Shown here: positions 39,549-47,512 of the stretch, piece by piece
Numbering within the stretch: the stretch's first letter is position 1
Layout: the number at the start of each line of letters is the position of its first letter
IMG/VR virus record: IMGVR_UViG_3300002350_000001
Strand: one strand, 5' to 3'
DNA: 64,000 nt
Origin: a virus
The notes under the pieces: model-generated
Database searches by the model: none
What the model was told of the DNA's origin: nothing
Seen by the model: the letters and a program-made list of their open reading frames with translations, nothing else
Position numbers and translations under genes: made by a program

Positions 39549-40254
39549 AGTGTTTTTTTGTCCAAAACTTTTTTACATAATTATTAACTAGTGTTCCTTT
39601 AACATACTTGTCAATAATTATAGGCAGCTCGCCTTCTTTTAAAAATGAAAAAGAAGATTCCCAGTCATCACGTTTAAATGGGATCAGCTGTATCATTGGT
39701 GTCCCTTGTTCTACCACACCCTCAAACCCTTCTTTTACAAATACAGGTGGAGAAAGTGGATGTTTTGTTGAATCATAATCAATTATTGCAGACATACACC
39801 TAAAAGGTGAGTTTGGATATCCTACAGGTGGAATTACTAATAAAGAGTATCCTTTTGGAAGTTGTGGTATCCATGGATTTAGATATTTAAATTGTTGAAA
39901 TGAATATCCGTCAGGAATGTCTATATCTTGGTTTCCATGTAAATCAAATACTGGTTTATTTACTCTCCAATTTATTGACAAGTTTCCTTCTGTATTTTCA
40001 ACTGTTACCCCCGCCCATAGAGGAATTATATATCCAGATGTTAATAGATCTAGCATTGGTGTGCATTTTTTAAAAGTTGCATTAGACTCTTGATTACGTA
40101 TAACTATCTTCTTGCCGTCGGGGTTTTCAGGCATTCTTGCATAAGGATCTGCATTCTTCCACCAGGAAGGTAGGTATTGCGATGTTGGAACTGGTCTTGG
40201 AGCGACCTCATAGTGATATTCGCTTAAAGCTACAAATTCAATTTCTTTTGTCAT
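39541..40254 (-). CDS. Uncharacterised dUTPase-fold-like protein, paralog 3 of 5 (237 aa)
   Basis: LPSWWK, TFKKCTPMLD..TSGY, PKGYSL, AIIDYD, GTPMIQLIPFKRDDW. Confidence 0.65.
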   Translation of the reverse strand: MTKEIEFVALSEYHYEVAPRPVPTSQYLPSWWKNADPYARMPENPDGKKIVIRNQESNATFKKCTPMLDLLTSGYIIPLWAGVTVENTEGNLSINWRVNKPVFDLHGNQDIDIPDGYSFQQFKYLNPWIPQLPKGYSLLVIPPVGYPNSPFRCMSAIIDYDSTKHPLSPPVFVKEGFEGVVEQGTPMIQLIPFKRDDWESSFSFLKEGELPIIIDKYVKGTLVNNYVKKFWTKKHFK

Positions 40255-40407
40255 ATTTACCCTTTAAAAGTATAGCATAATTTCACTTTTACGAAAATCT
40301 GAAAATTTTTCTAAGATGTATGATACATATAATTTAAAAAATAATCAAAAATAAATAGTGAGCACACCACTGGTGCCACCATTTATTCTGATCACTACCG
40401 CCCCCAG

Positions 40408-40590
40408 TTATCTGAGGGGAGCGGTGCCCTGTAAATAGCCGTCAATGCCAAGCAAATCACAAGTGATTTTTACACGTTGATTTTTCTTGAGAGATTTCTT
40501 ATACATCTCCATAAAATAATAAACGTTTTCTTTTGTTGGCAAATCCATGTTAAACTCTTTGCCGTTCATGCTAGTTATCTTTAGTTTCAT
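40408..40590 (-). CDS. Early-region hypothetical protein (60 aa)
   Basis: Last gene of the leftward early operon. Confidence 0.6.
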   Translation of the reverse strand: MKLKITSMNGKEFNMDLPTKENVYYFMEMYKKSLKKNQRVKITCDLLGIDGYLQGTAPLR

Positions 40591-40684
40591 TTGTTTCTTC
40601 TTTCTTGTAATGGTCTCGTGGATAATTGTTTATAGTACCGCCTGACTTTAGCCAAGCCCTGCGCCTTTCTAGTTCCTCACTCAT
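40571..40684 (-). CDS. Micro-ORF (37 aa, MSEELERRRAWLKSGG...)
   Basis: Translated manually; ATGA overlap with the upstream gene. Confidence 0.5.
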   Translation of the reverse strand: MSEELERRRAWLKSGGTINNYPRDHYKKEETNETKDN

Positions 40685-40782
40685 ACACACTTGCAAGGGT
40701 CTATTCTTGTTTCGTGTTCATCAAATAAAATAATTCCTGTGTCTCCACATGTCTCGCATGTGTGTGCGTACATTGCGCTCAT
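40681..40782 (-). CDS. Micro-ORF with CxxC...CxC (33 aa)
   Basis: MSAMYAHTCETCGDTGIILFDEHETRIDPCKCV; starts directly after the upstream stop. Confidence 0.55.
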   Translation of the reverse strand: MSAMYAHTCETCGDTGIILFDEHETRIDPCKCV

Positions 40783-40956
40783 TTACTTACCCGCTCTCTT
40801 AGCAACGATAGCCTCTATCTGTGCTAGTTGTTCTGGTGTAGCGTTGCGAAACGCTTTCACACTTTCTCTAATCCATGGTGACTTAGCCATAGCCTTCTCA
40901 TGCTCTATTGCATAGCGAGCCTGTTGTTCTTGACGTATTCTGTTTAGTGTATCCAT
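40783..40956 (-). CDS. Early helical micro-protein (57 aa)
   Basis: AGAAAGG RBS; MDTLNRIRQEQQARY...; first gene after the leftward promoters. Confidence 0.65.
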   Translation of the reverse strand: MDTLNRIRQEQQARYAIEHEKAMAKSPWIRESVKAFRNATPEQLAQIEAIVAKRAGK

Positions 40957-41219
40957 TTAATGGGCTACCTTTCTTTAGTTTGTATAGGACTATCCTATAC
41001 TAGGGGACTGACAAATTGGGGTCTTATTTGCTTAGGCTCACTGTGATTTGCATCACATTTATTTGCTAAGGCTCATACCTTTTTTGTCACTATTTAATTT
41101 TGATAGGAGTATCCTAACACATACCCCGCCAAAAGTCAAGTCCTAACACGGCGTGTCGCATGTGATTTAGACCACATAATCTCCCCCCGCAGTCGGGCGT
41201 GTCGTTTTGTCGAAAAAAG

Positions 41220-41244
41220 TTATCCACAGGGGTGATGTGGATAA
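41220..41244. promoter_or_regulatory. Inverted pair of perfect DnaA boxes
   Basis: TTATCCACA (41220-41228) - 7 nt - TGTGGATAA (41236-41244). Confidence 0.65.
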
Positions 41245-41359
41245 GTCATGTGACCCTTATCACAAAAATAGTTTTGCGACACTCCCGAGAAACGGGCTAA
41301 TTTGTCAGTGGTCTATGTTAGGATACATAGTATAAAGATAAAAAAGAAAGGAGAACCAA

Positions 41360-41584
41360 ATGTTCTCACTAAAGTATAAAGTAGAGTATAACTCTAATCC
41401 TAACTACCCTCTATCAAAAGAGTTTGGTAATGTATCTATAACAGTACCTAGCGAACAATACGCTAATGACTACTTAGACCTAGTATCTCAGAAAGGTACT
41501 ATCCTAGAAGTTTCTCTAACAGAGTTAGAAAACTACACACCTAGCAAGCGCATGGTGTACGCTACTACTAGAAGTTGGGAGTAA
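41360..41584 (+). CDS. Early hypothetical protein (74 aa)
   Basis: GAAAGGAG RBS; first gene after promoter 41296. Confidence 0.7.
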   Translation: MFSLKYKVEYNSNPNYPLSKEFGNVSITVPSEQYANDYLDLVSQKGTILEVSLTELENYTPSKRMVYATTRSWE

Positions 41585-41588
41585 TCTA

Positions 41589-41696
41589 ATGGATAAAGTT
41601 AGAAACCTAGAATTAGAAAACTATCTTGATGAACCTCAAGATGAATTAGCAACAAGGTTAGATAACCTAATCAAGAAAGGAGTGTACACTAAATGA
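41589..41696 (+). CDS. Micro-ORF (35 aa)
   Basis: MDKVRNLELENYLDEPQDELATRLDNLIKKGVYTK; translated manually. Confidence 0.55.
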   Translation: MDKVRNLELENYLDEPQDELATRLDNLIKKGVYTK

Positions 41697-41839
41697 AAAA
41701 AAATGTACTAATTAGTTTCGTTACTGATGCAGAAACAGATCTGCAAGCAATCTTTGCACTAAACAGAATAATGGAGAAGCTCCCTGAATCTGATTTAGAA
41801 AAGTTTGAAGCATTTGAAGTTTTAGATGCTGTTCAATAA
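41693..41839 (+). CDS. Micro-ORF (48 aa)
   Basis: GAAAGGAG RBS; ATGA overlap with the upstream gene. Confidence 0.6.
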   Translation: MKKNVLISFVTDAETDLQAIFALNRIMEKLPESDLEKFEAFEVLDAVQ

Positions 41840-42094
41840 ATAAGTTTTTGCGGAAATAAAACACCGCAAAAATTTTCGACAAAATGTGGGGCAAATCACA
41901 ATATCTCATCGGCGTGTCGCCTTGACTTTTTGGGGTTTCTCGTGTAGTATTCTACCTATACAATTAAATAAATAGCAAAAAAGGTGTGACGCAATTCACA
42001 TTCAAAATGTCCTAAATGTCCGAATTTAGATTTGATTTTGTCAGCCAAAAATGCTAGACTTACAGAGTAACAAACTAAAGAAAGGTGACAACTA

Positions 42095-42295
42095 ATGTCA
42101 GCAAACATCTACACAATAGAAAGCCTACTCGTAGGAAAAACTTATCGCTCAAAAACCTTAACGGGTGAAATTGTTTCAGCAGAAAAACACCCTTCCCCTG
42201 TATGGTATGAGAACGCAGAGGCGTATCTCGTAGAGGTTAGAAATCAAAATGGCGGTTATGCTTATCGCACTCTCGCAGTATCAACAGAAAACTAA
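42095..42295 (+). CDS. Small beta-barrel (SH3/KOW-like) early protein (66 aa)
   Basis: LVGKTYRSKTLTGEI; related to 45479 and 46251; GAAAGGTG RBS. Confidence 0.65.
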   Translation: MSANIYTIESLLVGKTYRSKTLTGEIVSAEKHPSPVWYENAEAYLVEVRNQNGGYAYRTLAVSTEN

Positions 42296-42309
42296 GAAAG
42301 GAAAACTAA

Positions 42310-42453
42310 ATGACACTAGAGGAATTTAGACAGTATCAACAAGCCCAATACGCAAAACAGCGTGAGGCTAATAAAGAAAAAATCAACGCTATGTTTCATA
42401 GTAACTCTCGCCCATTAAATAATTCACACCTACTAAAGAAAGCAGAAAACTAA
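42310..42453 (+). CDS. Micro-ORF (47 aa)
   Basis: GAAAGGA RBS; MTLEEFRQYQQAQYAKQRE... Confidence 0.6.
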   Translation: MTLEEFRQYQQAQYAKQREANKEKINAMFHSNSRPLNNSHLLKKAEN

Positions 42454-42455
42454 AA

Positions 42456-42713
42456 ATGACTAACACTACTTACACAGACTTCCCATTCACCGCTAAGGGA
42501 ATCAACTTTGTTTCAAGAGTTTATTCTAACTCTCCATTCCTTTCACGCATTCAGCAATTGCCAGCAGGCGTATTTGAAAGCATGAACATTGACGCAGTTT
42601 CAGATTTGCTAACTATTGAAAAAGAATACACCCTAGATGAGGTTCAAGCAGAACTAGACCGAGTCAATGCAGGCGGAAGCCATGCGTTTATTTTGTTAGG
42701 AGAAAACAACTAA
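42456..42713 (+). CDS. Early hypothetical protein (85 aa)
   Basis: ORF within the operon. Confidence 0.65.
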   Translation: MTNTTYTDFPFTAKGINFVSRVYSNSPFLSRIQQLPAGVFESMNIDAVSDLLTIEKEYTLDEVQAELDRVNAGGSHAFILLGENN

Positions 42714-42904
42714 TGATGACACGAAAAGACTATGTAAAAACTTCAAACATTCTAAAGGGTTTTTCTGATGAAATTCATCCAGCAGTTTTTGAGGATTTGG
42801 TTGAGGAGTTTTGTCAATACTTTGCAAGCGATAATGAAAACTTTGATAAAGTAAGATTTGAAAAGGCTTGCGGTGTTGATGAGTTAGGATTGATGCTAGC
42901 ATGA
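42713..42904 (+). CDS. Early hypothetical protein (63 aa)
   Basis: MMTRKDYVKTSNIL...F..DNENFD..RF.KAC; coupled to the upstream gene. Confidence 0.7.
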   Translation: MMTRKDYVKTSNILKGFSDEIHPAVFEDLVEEFCQYFASDNENFDKVRFEKACGVDELGLMLA

Positions 42905-42999
42905 ATAGATTTATAACTTCCCTTGTTCAAATTCTTTTGTGGTTTCCAGTTATTCTTATTTTAGTATTTGCATACAGAGAACGCAAAAAGCAAAAGTAA
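42901..42999 (+). CDS. Single-TM micro-protein (32 aa)
   Basis: MNRFITSLVQILLWFPVILILVFAYRERKKQK. Confidence 0.55.
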   Translation: MNRFITSLVQILLWFPVILILVFAYRERKKQK

Positions 43000-43003
43000 A
43001 AAA

Positions 43004-43031
43004 AGATCCTAAGCATGATTTAAAACTGCTT
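43004..43031 (+). ncRNA. Repeated H-type pseudoknot element, copy 1
   Basis: P1 AGATC/GATTT, P2 AAGCA/TGCTT; 5 nt after a stop codon. Confidence 0.7.
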
Positions 43032-43181
43032 GAAGCTTCAACTAAAATTTTCGACCCCCGCAGTCGGGCGTGTCGCTTTACGTACGATGTGATTTTTACC
43101 ACAATTTTGAGCGGCGTGTCGTTTTGATTTTGTCGGTGATAAATGATAGGATTACAGAGTAATTAAATGAAAGGAAAACTA

Positions 43182-43346
43182 ATGAGTGAGTTTATTTTAA
43201 TTAAGTCAGTATGCGGAGAAAAGGGTTCTTTCGTAGATGTCTATGATTTAGACCTTAACCCTCATGGAGTTGTTTGTTGTGATAATTGTCGCAGCATTGT
43301 GGCTACTCGTGAAAATTGGTTTGCCGAACACGGCGTGTCGGTTTGA
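43182..43346 (+). CDS. Cys-containing micro-protein (54 aa)
   Basis: GAAAGGA RBS; C...CCDNC; the stop codon lies inside the next promoter's -35. Confidence 0.6.
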   Translation: MSEFILIKSVCGEKGSFVDVYDLDLNPHGVVCCDNCRSIVATRENWFAEHGVSV

Positions 43347-43399
43347 TTTTGTCAGACCACTATGGTAAGTTTGCAGTATTGAAAGAAAGGAAATGAAAA

Positions 43400-43600
43400 A
43401 TGGATAGAATAGAATACGCAGTAGAAAGAATTCACAATTGTGATGAGTGTGGAGGAACGGGCTCTCAGTTTTGGGCTAATGGTGAAGACTATGACTTTGA
43501 GACTTGTGAGGAGTGTAATCCTCACGAACTAATCTTTGACTATGATGGAAATGTAGTTTGGGATAACGGAACGCTATTTACAACACAGGAGGCTAACTAA
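43400..43600 (+). CDS. Zn-finger protein, CxxCxGxG...CxxC (66 aa)
   Basis: CDECGGTG...CEEC; GAAAGGA RBS. Confidence 0.7.
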   Translation: MDRIEYAVERIHNCDECGGTGSQFWANGEDYDFETCEECNPHELIFDYDGNVVWDNGTLFTTQEAN

Positions 43601-43601
43601 A

Positions 43602-43895
43602 ATGGGAAGTAATTTTGCTAATGATTTAGTTACGCTTGGAGATTTGGGTATTGTCTTAGACATTGAAAGTCAGATAGGTATGCACCTTCAGGCTAATCAT
43701 TATCCACCTGTTCCCAAGTCTATGGTCAAGCCTTGTGTTGAGGCTATTGATGCAGTAAATGATTTAGGACTATGGAATTTGGACATTGAGTTGCCTGAAG
43801 GTATCTCATGGCGTGGTTTGACTACCGCCCCCGCTTCGGCTATTATTGAAGCACACCACTTAGACGCTTGGATTATTGAACGAGAGGAATACTAA
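43602..43895 (+). CDS. Early hypothetical protein (97 aa)
   Basis: HLQANHYPPVP...AIIEAHHLDAW; His-rich. Confidence 0.7.
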   Translation: MGSNFANDLVTLGDLGIVLDIESQIGMHLQANHYPPVPKSMVKPCVEAIDAVNDLGLWNLDIELPEGISWRGLTTAPASAIIEAHHLDAWIIEREEY

Positions 43896-43896
43896 A

Positions 43897-44106
43897 ATGG
43901 AATACACTTACTCACTTACTACCTCGTATGACGGGGAACTAGTAAACACCTTGCGAGTATCAGACATGATGGAAGCAGTAGACGCATGGAATAAATGCGT
44001 AGACTATGGAAATGCTAAAGACTATGCTACTTATAACCTATCAGACCCAACAGGTAAAATGTATACAAAAACTTTCTATGCCAATGGCGAAGTAGTTATA
44101 AAATAG
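43897..44106 (+). CDS. Early hypothetical protein (69 aa)
   Basis: GAGGA RBS supports the start at 43897. Confidence 0.65.
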   Translation: MEYTYSLTTSYDGELVNTLRVSDMMEAVDAWNKCVDYGNAKDYATYNLSDPTGKMYTKTFYANGEVVIK

Positions 44107-44113
44107 GTATACA

Positions 44114-44326
44114 ATGAAAACTATGGATTATCGCATGGTTGATGTTCTCAACGCAGACCAATTAGAAGTAAATGATCTAATTGGTGTTGCGGATGAGATT
44201 GTAAAAGTTATTTCAATTGCCCCGCTTTCTGATGGGTTTTCACTTGTAATTGAAAATGAATTTGGTGAAAAAGATTTAATTGAAATTCTTGATGATGAAC
44301 AATTTGAGTTATTTATTTTAGAATAA
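44114..44326 (+). CDS. Early hypothetical protein (70 aa, acidic)
   Basis: ORF within the operon. Confidence 0.6.
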   Translation: MKTMDYRMVDVLNADQLEVNDLIGVADEIVKVISIAPLSDGFSLVIENEFGEKDLIEILDDEQFELFILE

Positions 44327-44418
44327 AAGCTGCAAAAAATTTCGAGGGGCCCGAAATGTCCGAATTGCCCCTTTACGTCCGATTTGATTTTTTCCCCTAT
44401 TTCTGATAAGATTATTCT

Positions 44419-44565
44419 ATGTTTAAGAAATCTAGTGAACAATTACGTCATCTGCAGGAGCTACGCAGATCTAATGCCGCTACCCCTTTACGTAACAAGA
44501 AAAAATACACTAGACAAAGTAACAAAAAAATGTTAGACTTAGAAAGTAAAGAGAGGCCCCAATGA
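44419..44565 (+). CDS. Leaderless basic micro-protein (48 aa)
   Basis: MFKKSSEQLRHLQELRRSNAATPLRNKKKYTRQ...; ATG 6 nt after TAAGAT. Confidence 0.6.
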   Translation: MFKKSSEQLRHLQELRRSNAATPLRNKKKYTRQSNKKMLDLESKERPQ

Positions 44566-45281
44566 AATTAAAACGCTCTAATGATAGGAAAGTTACTAAT
44601 GCTGTATCACCAAATGGAAAAACACCAACAATCGCCAACACTTTTGGATTACCTAGCGGCAAGGCTTACTCATGTCCTGGTGAGACCTCTGTATGCGCTA
44701 AAGTATGCTACGCAGGAAAGCTTGAAAAAGTCTACAAAGGTGTAAGAGATACACTATTACACAATTGGAATTTATTAAAAGACGCAGACCATGACACAAT
44801 GGAAGCATTACTTACAGACATGATTAATGATTTCAAGAAAGACTGTGAAAAACGAGAAGCCCCAATGTTATTTAGAATTCACTGGGATGGCGATTTCTTT
44901 AGTGACGAGTACGCATTCGCATGGAAGCATGTTATCTTAAATAATCCTGATGTTCAATTCTGGGTTTATACACGAGTAGCCTCTGCTGCCAATATGTTAA
45001 AAGATATAGATAACCTATCTCTCTATTTCTCAACAGATAGTGAGAATAAAGAAGTTGCTATTAGTCTTAATAAAGATAAGGGAATTCGTTTAGCATACCT
45101 TGCCGATACCTTCGCAATTGGGCAGGCAGATCTAAAGGCAATGATAGGCAAGCCTGGCGCTAAGTGCCCTGAAAATAAAAAAGCAATTCCGTTAATTGAC
45201 AAAGAGGGCTCTGCCTGTGTAAAATGTTCTCTGTGTGTCTATAATAAGGCGGACATAGTATTCTCTGCTAAAAAGCGGTAG
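44562..45281 (+). CDS. GP88-like protein with a Cys cluster (239 aa)
   Basis: SCPGETSVCAKVCYA, FRIHWDGDFF, FWVYTR, CP...CVKCSLC. Confidence 0.7.
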   Translation: MKLKRSNDRKVTNAVSPNGKTPTIANTFGLPSGKAYSCPGETSVCAKVCYAGKLEKVYKGVRDTLLHNWNLLKDADHDTMEALLTDMINDFKKDCEKREAPMLFRIHWDGDFFSDEYAFAWKHVILNNPDVQFWVYTRVASAANMLKDIDNLSLYFSTDSENKEVAISLNKDKGIRLAYLADTFAIGQADLKAMIGKPGAKCPENKKAIPLIDKEGSACVKCSLCVYNKADIVFSAKKR

Positions 45282-45478
45282 AGATAAACAGAAAGGCAAA
45301 ACTAGTGGAACTAATAATCCTATTAGGCATAGCCCTGCTAGCAACACTAATAATGGCTGGGGGGAAGTGATTTACCTCACAAATCTCAAATAATGAGATT
45401 TTTAGGGAAAATAACTTGACAAAGCCAAAAATAAATGAAATAATAAATACCATAACCAACAACAAAGGAGAAATACAA

Positions 45479-45643
45479 ATGACAGTATCAGTATCAACTT
45501 ACAAGGTCGGCGACACTTACACTTCACAGAAGTCAAAGGTCACAGGCGTTATCAAGGAAATCGTACCAACAGACAAGAACACAGTTCGTGTCAAACTTGA
45601 TGTAGAAGGTCAGACACGCTGGACAACTTGGAAAGCAAACTAA
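45479..45643 (+). CDS. Small beta-barrel (SH3/KOW-like) early protein (54 aa)
   Basis: AAAGGAG RBS; YKVGDTYTSQKSKVTGVIKEIVP. Confidence 0.7.
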   Translation: MTVSVSTYKVGDTYTSQKSKVTGVIKEIVPTDKNTVRVKLDVEGQTRWTTWKAN

Positions 45644-45664
45644 TTCCTAACAAAAAACAGGAAA

Positions 45665-45693
45665 AGTCCTGAGCATGACTACTAAAACTGCTC
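45665..45693 (+). ncRNA. Pseudoknot element, copy 2
   Basis: P1 AGTC/GACT, P2 GAGCA/TGCTC. Confidence 0.75.
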
Positions 45694-45766
45694 AATTTGA
45701 TTTCTTATCTAATAAATGTTAGACTAGATACCCCCAACAAAACACCAACAGAAAGGTAATACATAA

Positions 45767-46189
45767 ATGGCACGACAGAAAGCAATTAGCGTAAAAATCG
45801 CAACACCAAAGGTAATCAAGGCACTAGAAACTCGTCTAGCAGAACTAGAAAAGAACTATGCCTCACAAGAAGCCAACGAAGCAAAGCATGAAAAGGCTAT
45901 GGAGAAGTGGCGCAAGGAAGTAGCAAAGTTCGCTATGGCTAATTTTGCTAAGGCAGAAAACTTCCGCACAAACTATCGCTCATGGAACAAGACACTCAAT
46001 GTTGATTTTGATTTAACAGTTAGTGAAACAGACTTTCCTAAAGAGCCTGAGAAGGACTACGAAGTTCTACACCGCCACTCATACAATGAGATGAAAGAGG
46101 AGTTATCTAACGCTATCCGTATTCTCAAGATGACAGATGAGGAAGTAGTTTCTACTTCTACTTACAACGCTATCGCCCGATACTTGTAA
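45767..46189 (+). CDS. Early hypothetical protein (140 aa)
   Basis: GAAAGG RBS; own promoter. Confidence 0.75.
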   Translation: MARQKAISVKIATPKVIKALETRLAELEKNYASQEANEAKHEKAMEKWRKEVAKFAMANFAKAENFRTNYRSWNKTLNVDFDLTVSETDFPKEPEKDYEVLHRHSYNEMKEELSNAIRILKMTDEEVVSTSTYNAIARYL

Positions 46190-46195
46190 AATTAC

Positions 46196-46222
46196 TTTCC
46201 TGAGCATGAAATAAAACTGCTC
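46196..46222 (+). ncRNA. Pseudoknot element, copy 3
   Basis: P1 TTTC/GAAA, P2 GAGCA/TGCTC. Confidence 0.75.
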
Positions 46223-46250
46223 AACACCCCAACTAAGAAAGGAAAATAAA

Positions 46251-46418
46251 ATGACACTAGGCGGATACACTTACCAAATTGGTGATTTATTTACAACAAG
46301 CAAGACAGGCGTTACAGGACGAATTGAAAAGTTTGTTCCACAAAGTAAAAATGTAACTCGTGTAATGTTGCGCTTAGCAAACGGACAACAGCGTTTTGCT
46401 ATGGTAAAAACCTACTAA
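46251..46418 (+). CDS. Small beta-barrel (SH3/KOW-like) early protein (55 aa)
   Basis: GAAAGGA RBS; YQIGDLFTTSKTGVTGRIEKFVPQSKNVTRV; paralog of 45479; not in the ORF track. Confidence 0.7.
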   Translation: MTLGGYTYQIGDLFTTSKTGVTGRIEKFVPQSKNVTRVMLRLANGQQRFAMVKTY

Positions 46419-46423
46419 TAAAA

Positions 46424-46451
46424 TTATCCTGAGCATGATAAAAAACTGCTC
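46424..46451 (+). ncRNA. Pseudoknot element, copy 4
   Basis: P1 TTATC/GATAA, P2 GAGCA/TGCTC. Confidence 0.75.
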
Positions 46452-46563
46452 AAAAAATTTTCGAGAAAATGTGACCAAGATCACACAGCAGCTTTACGGG
46501 GGATTTGTATTTTTTCCATATTTCTGCTAGACTTGGTATATACCCAAAGAAAGGATGCCCCTA

Positions 46564-46827
46564 ATGATATCAACCGCATTAGCAATACAAGACGCAACAA
46601 AAGAAGCAATTCACGACGAGGATGTTATGGACATGGCTCGCTCTATTTATCTAAGCAGACATGAAGTTTCTGAGGATGAGTTTATCAGAATGATGTACAT
46701 TTATTCTGCTCATTTGTCTGCTATGACTGCTACTCTAGTTACTCATGCTTGCTTGACTGAAAGCCAACTAAATGATATGCTAGAAACAATAAAAGAAATG
46801 GAAGCCCTAGGAAAGGATATAGAATAA
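46564..46827 (+). CDS. Early helical hypothetical protein (87 aa)
   Basis: GAAAGGA RBS. Confidence 0.7.
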   Translation: MISTALAIQDATKEAIHDEDVMDMARSIYLSRHEVSEDEFIRMMYIYSAHLSAMTATLVTHACLTESQLNDMLETIKEMEALGKDIE

Positions 46828-47237
46828 TGGAAGAAACAAATACACACTACATGACACGAGAGTTTCTTGAAACTACCCTTGTACAAAACAAGGAGCGCAT
46901 TCAGCAACTTGAAGAGCACATACAGACAGTAACTCAGCGCTCATATGGTGAGGCTGCAGAGCGTAACCGTATGCGTAATGAAATGCAAGAATGGACCTTA
47001 GAAAACTTAAGCGACGGTACCATTTCAGAAGGTTCTGCAGAAGAGATTGCAAGCATTTGCGGTTTTGAGTTAACAAATGAATTTGAATTAGAGGTTACAG
47101 TTCAATATTCAGTTACAGTTAATGCTCGTGATGAAGAATCAGCAATTAATTTAATTCATGATATTGATTTTGATTCAGTGTCATATCCTGAAGGTGTTAC
47201 ATATCTATCATCCACTGTTGACAGAATAGATTTGTGA
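46827..47237 (+). CDS. Early hypothetical protein, coiled coil plus beta domain (136 aa)
   Basis: Coupled ORF. Confidence 0.7.
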   Translation: MEETNTHYMTREFLETTLVQNKERIQQLEEHIQTVTQRSYGEAAERNRMRNEMQEWTLENLSDGTISEGSAEEIASICGFELTNEFELEVTVQYSVTVNARDEESAINLIHDIDFDSVSYPEGVTYLSSTVDRIDL

Positions 47238-47250
47238 TAGGGGGCTATCC

Positions 47251-47279
47251 AAGGACCTGAGCACGTCTTTAAACTGCTT
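47251..47279 (+). ncRNA. Pseudoknot element, copy 5
   Basis: P1 AAGGAC/GTCTTT, P2 GAGCA/TGCTT. Confidence 0.7.
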
Positions 47280-47350
47280 TCGCCAGGCTGATTAGGGCGA
47301 TCATAGAAATACTATAGAGCTAGTTCATTGGGGGACTAAAAGAACCCATA

Positions 47351-47377
47351 CTACCTGAGCATGTAGGAAAAAGGCTC
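47351..47377 (+). ncRNA. Pseudoknot element, copy 6
   Basis: P1 CTAC/GTAG, P2 GAGC/GCTC. Confidence 0.7.
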
Positions 47378-47512
47378 AAAAAATTTTCGACCCGCTGTGA
47401 TTTTGATCACATTTACGATGGTGTCCGATTTTTCCCAATTTCTAATAACCCTATTTGACTTTGTCAGTCCTGTCTGCTAAGATTGATTCATATCAAGAAA
47501 GGATATTAATAA

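Noticed and set aside
45416-45478. Longer 75-aa start for 45416..45643
   Set aside because: The track start is the TTG of the -35 hexamer; the RBS supports ATG 45479.
47285-47315. Hammerhead-like CTGATTAG...GAAA
   Set aside because: The core must be CUGANGA; here it is CUGAUUA, and flanking stems I and III are not supported.
47240-47377. tmRNA (GGGGCT start)
   Set aside because: Far too short, with no tag ORF and no T-arm/CCA end.
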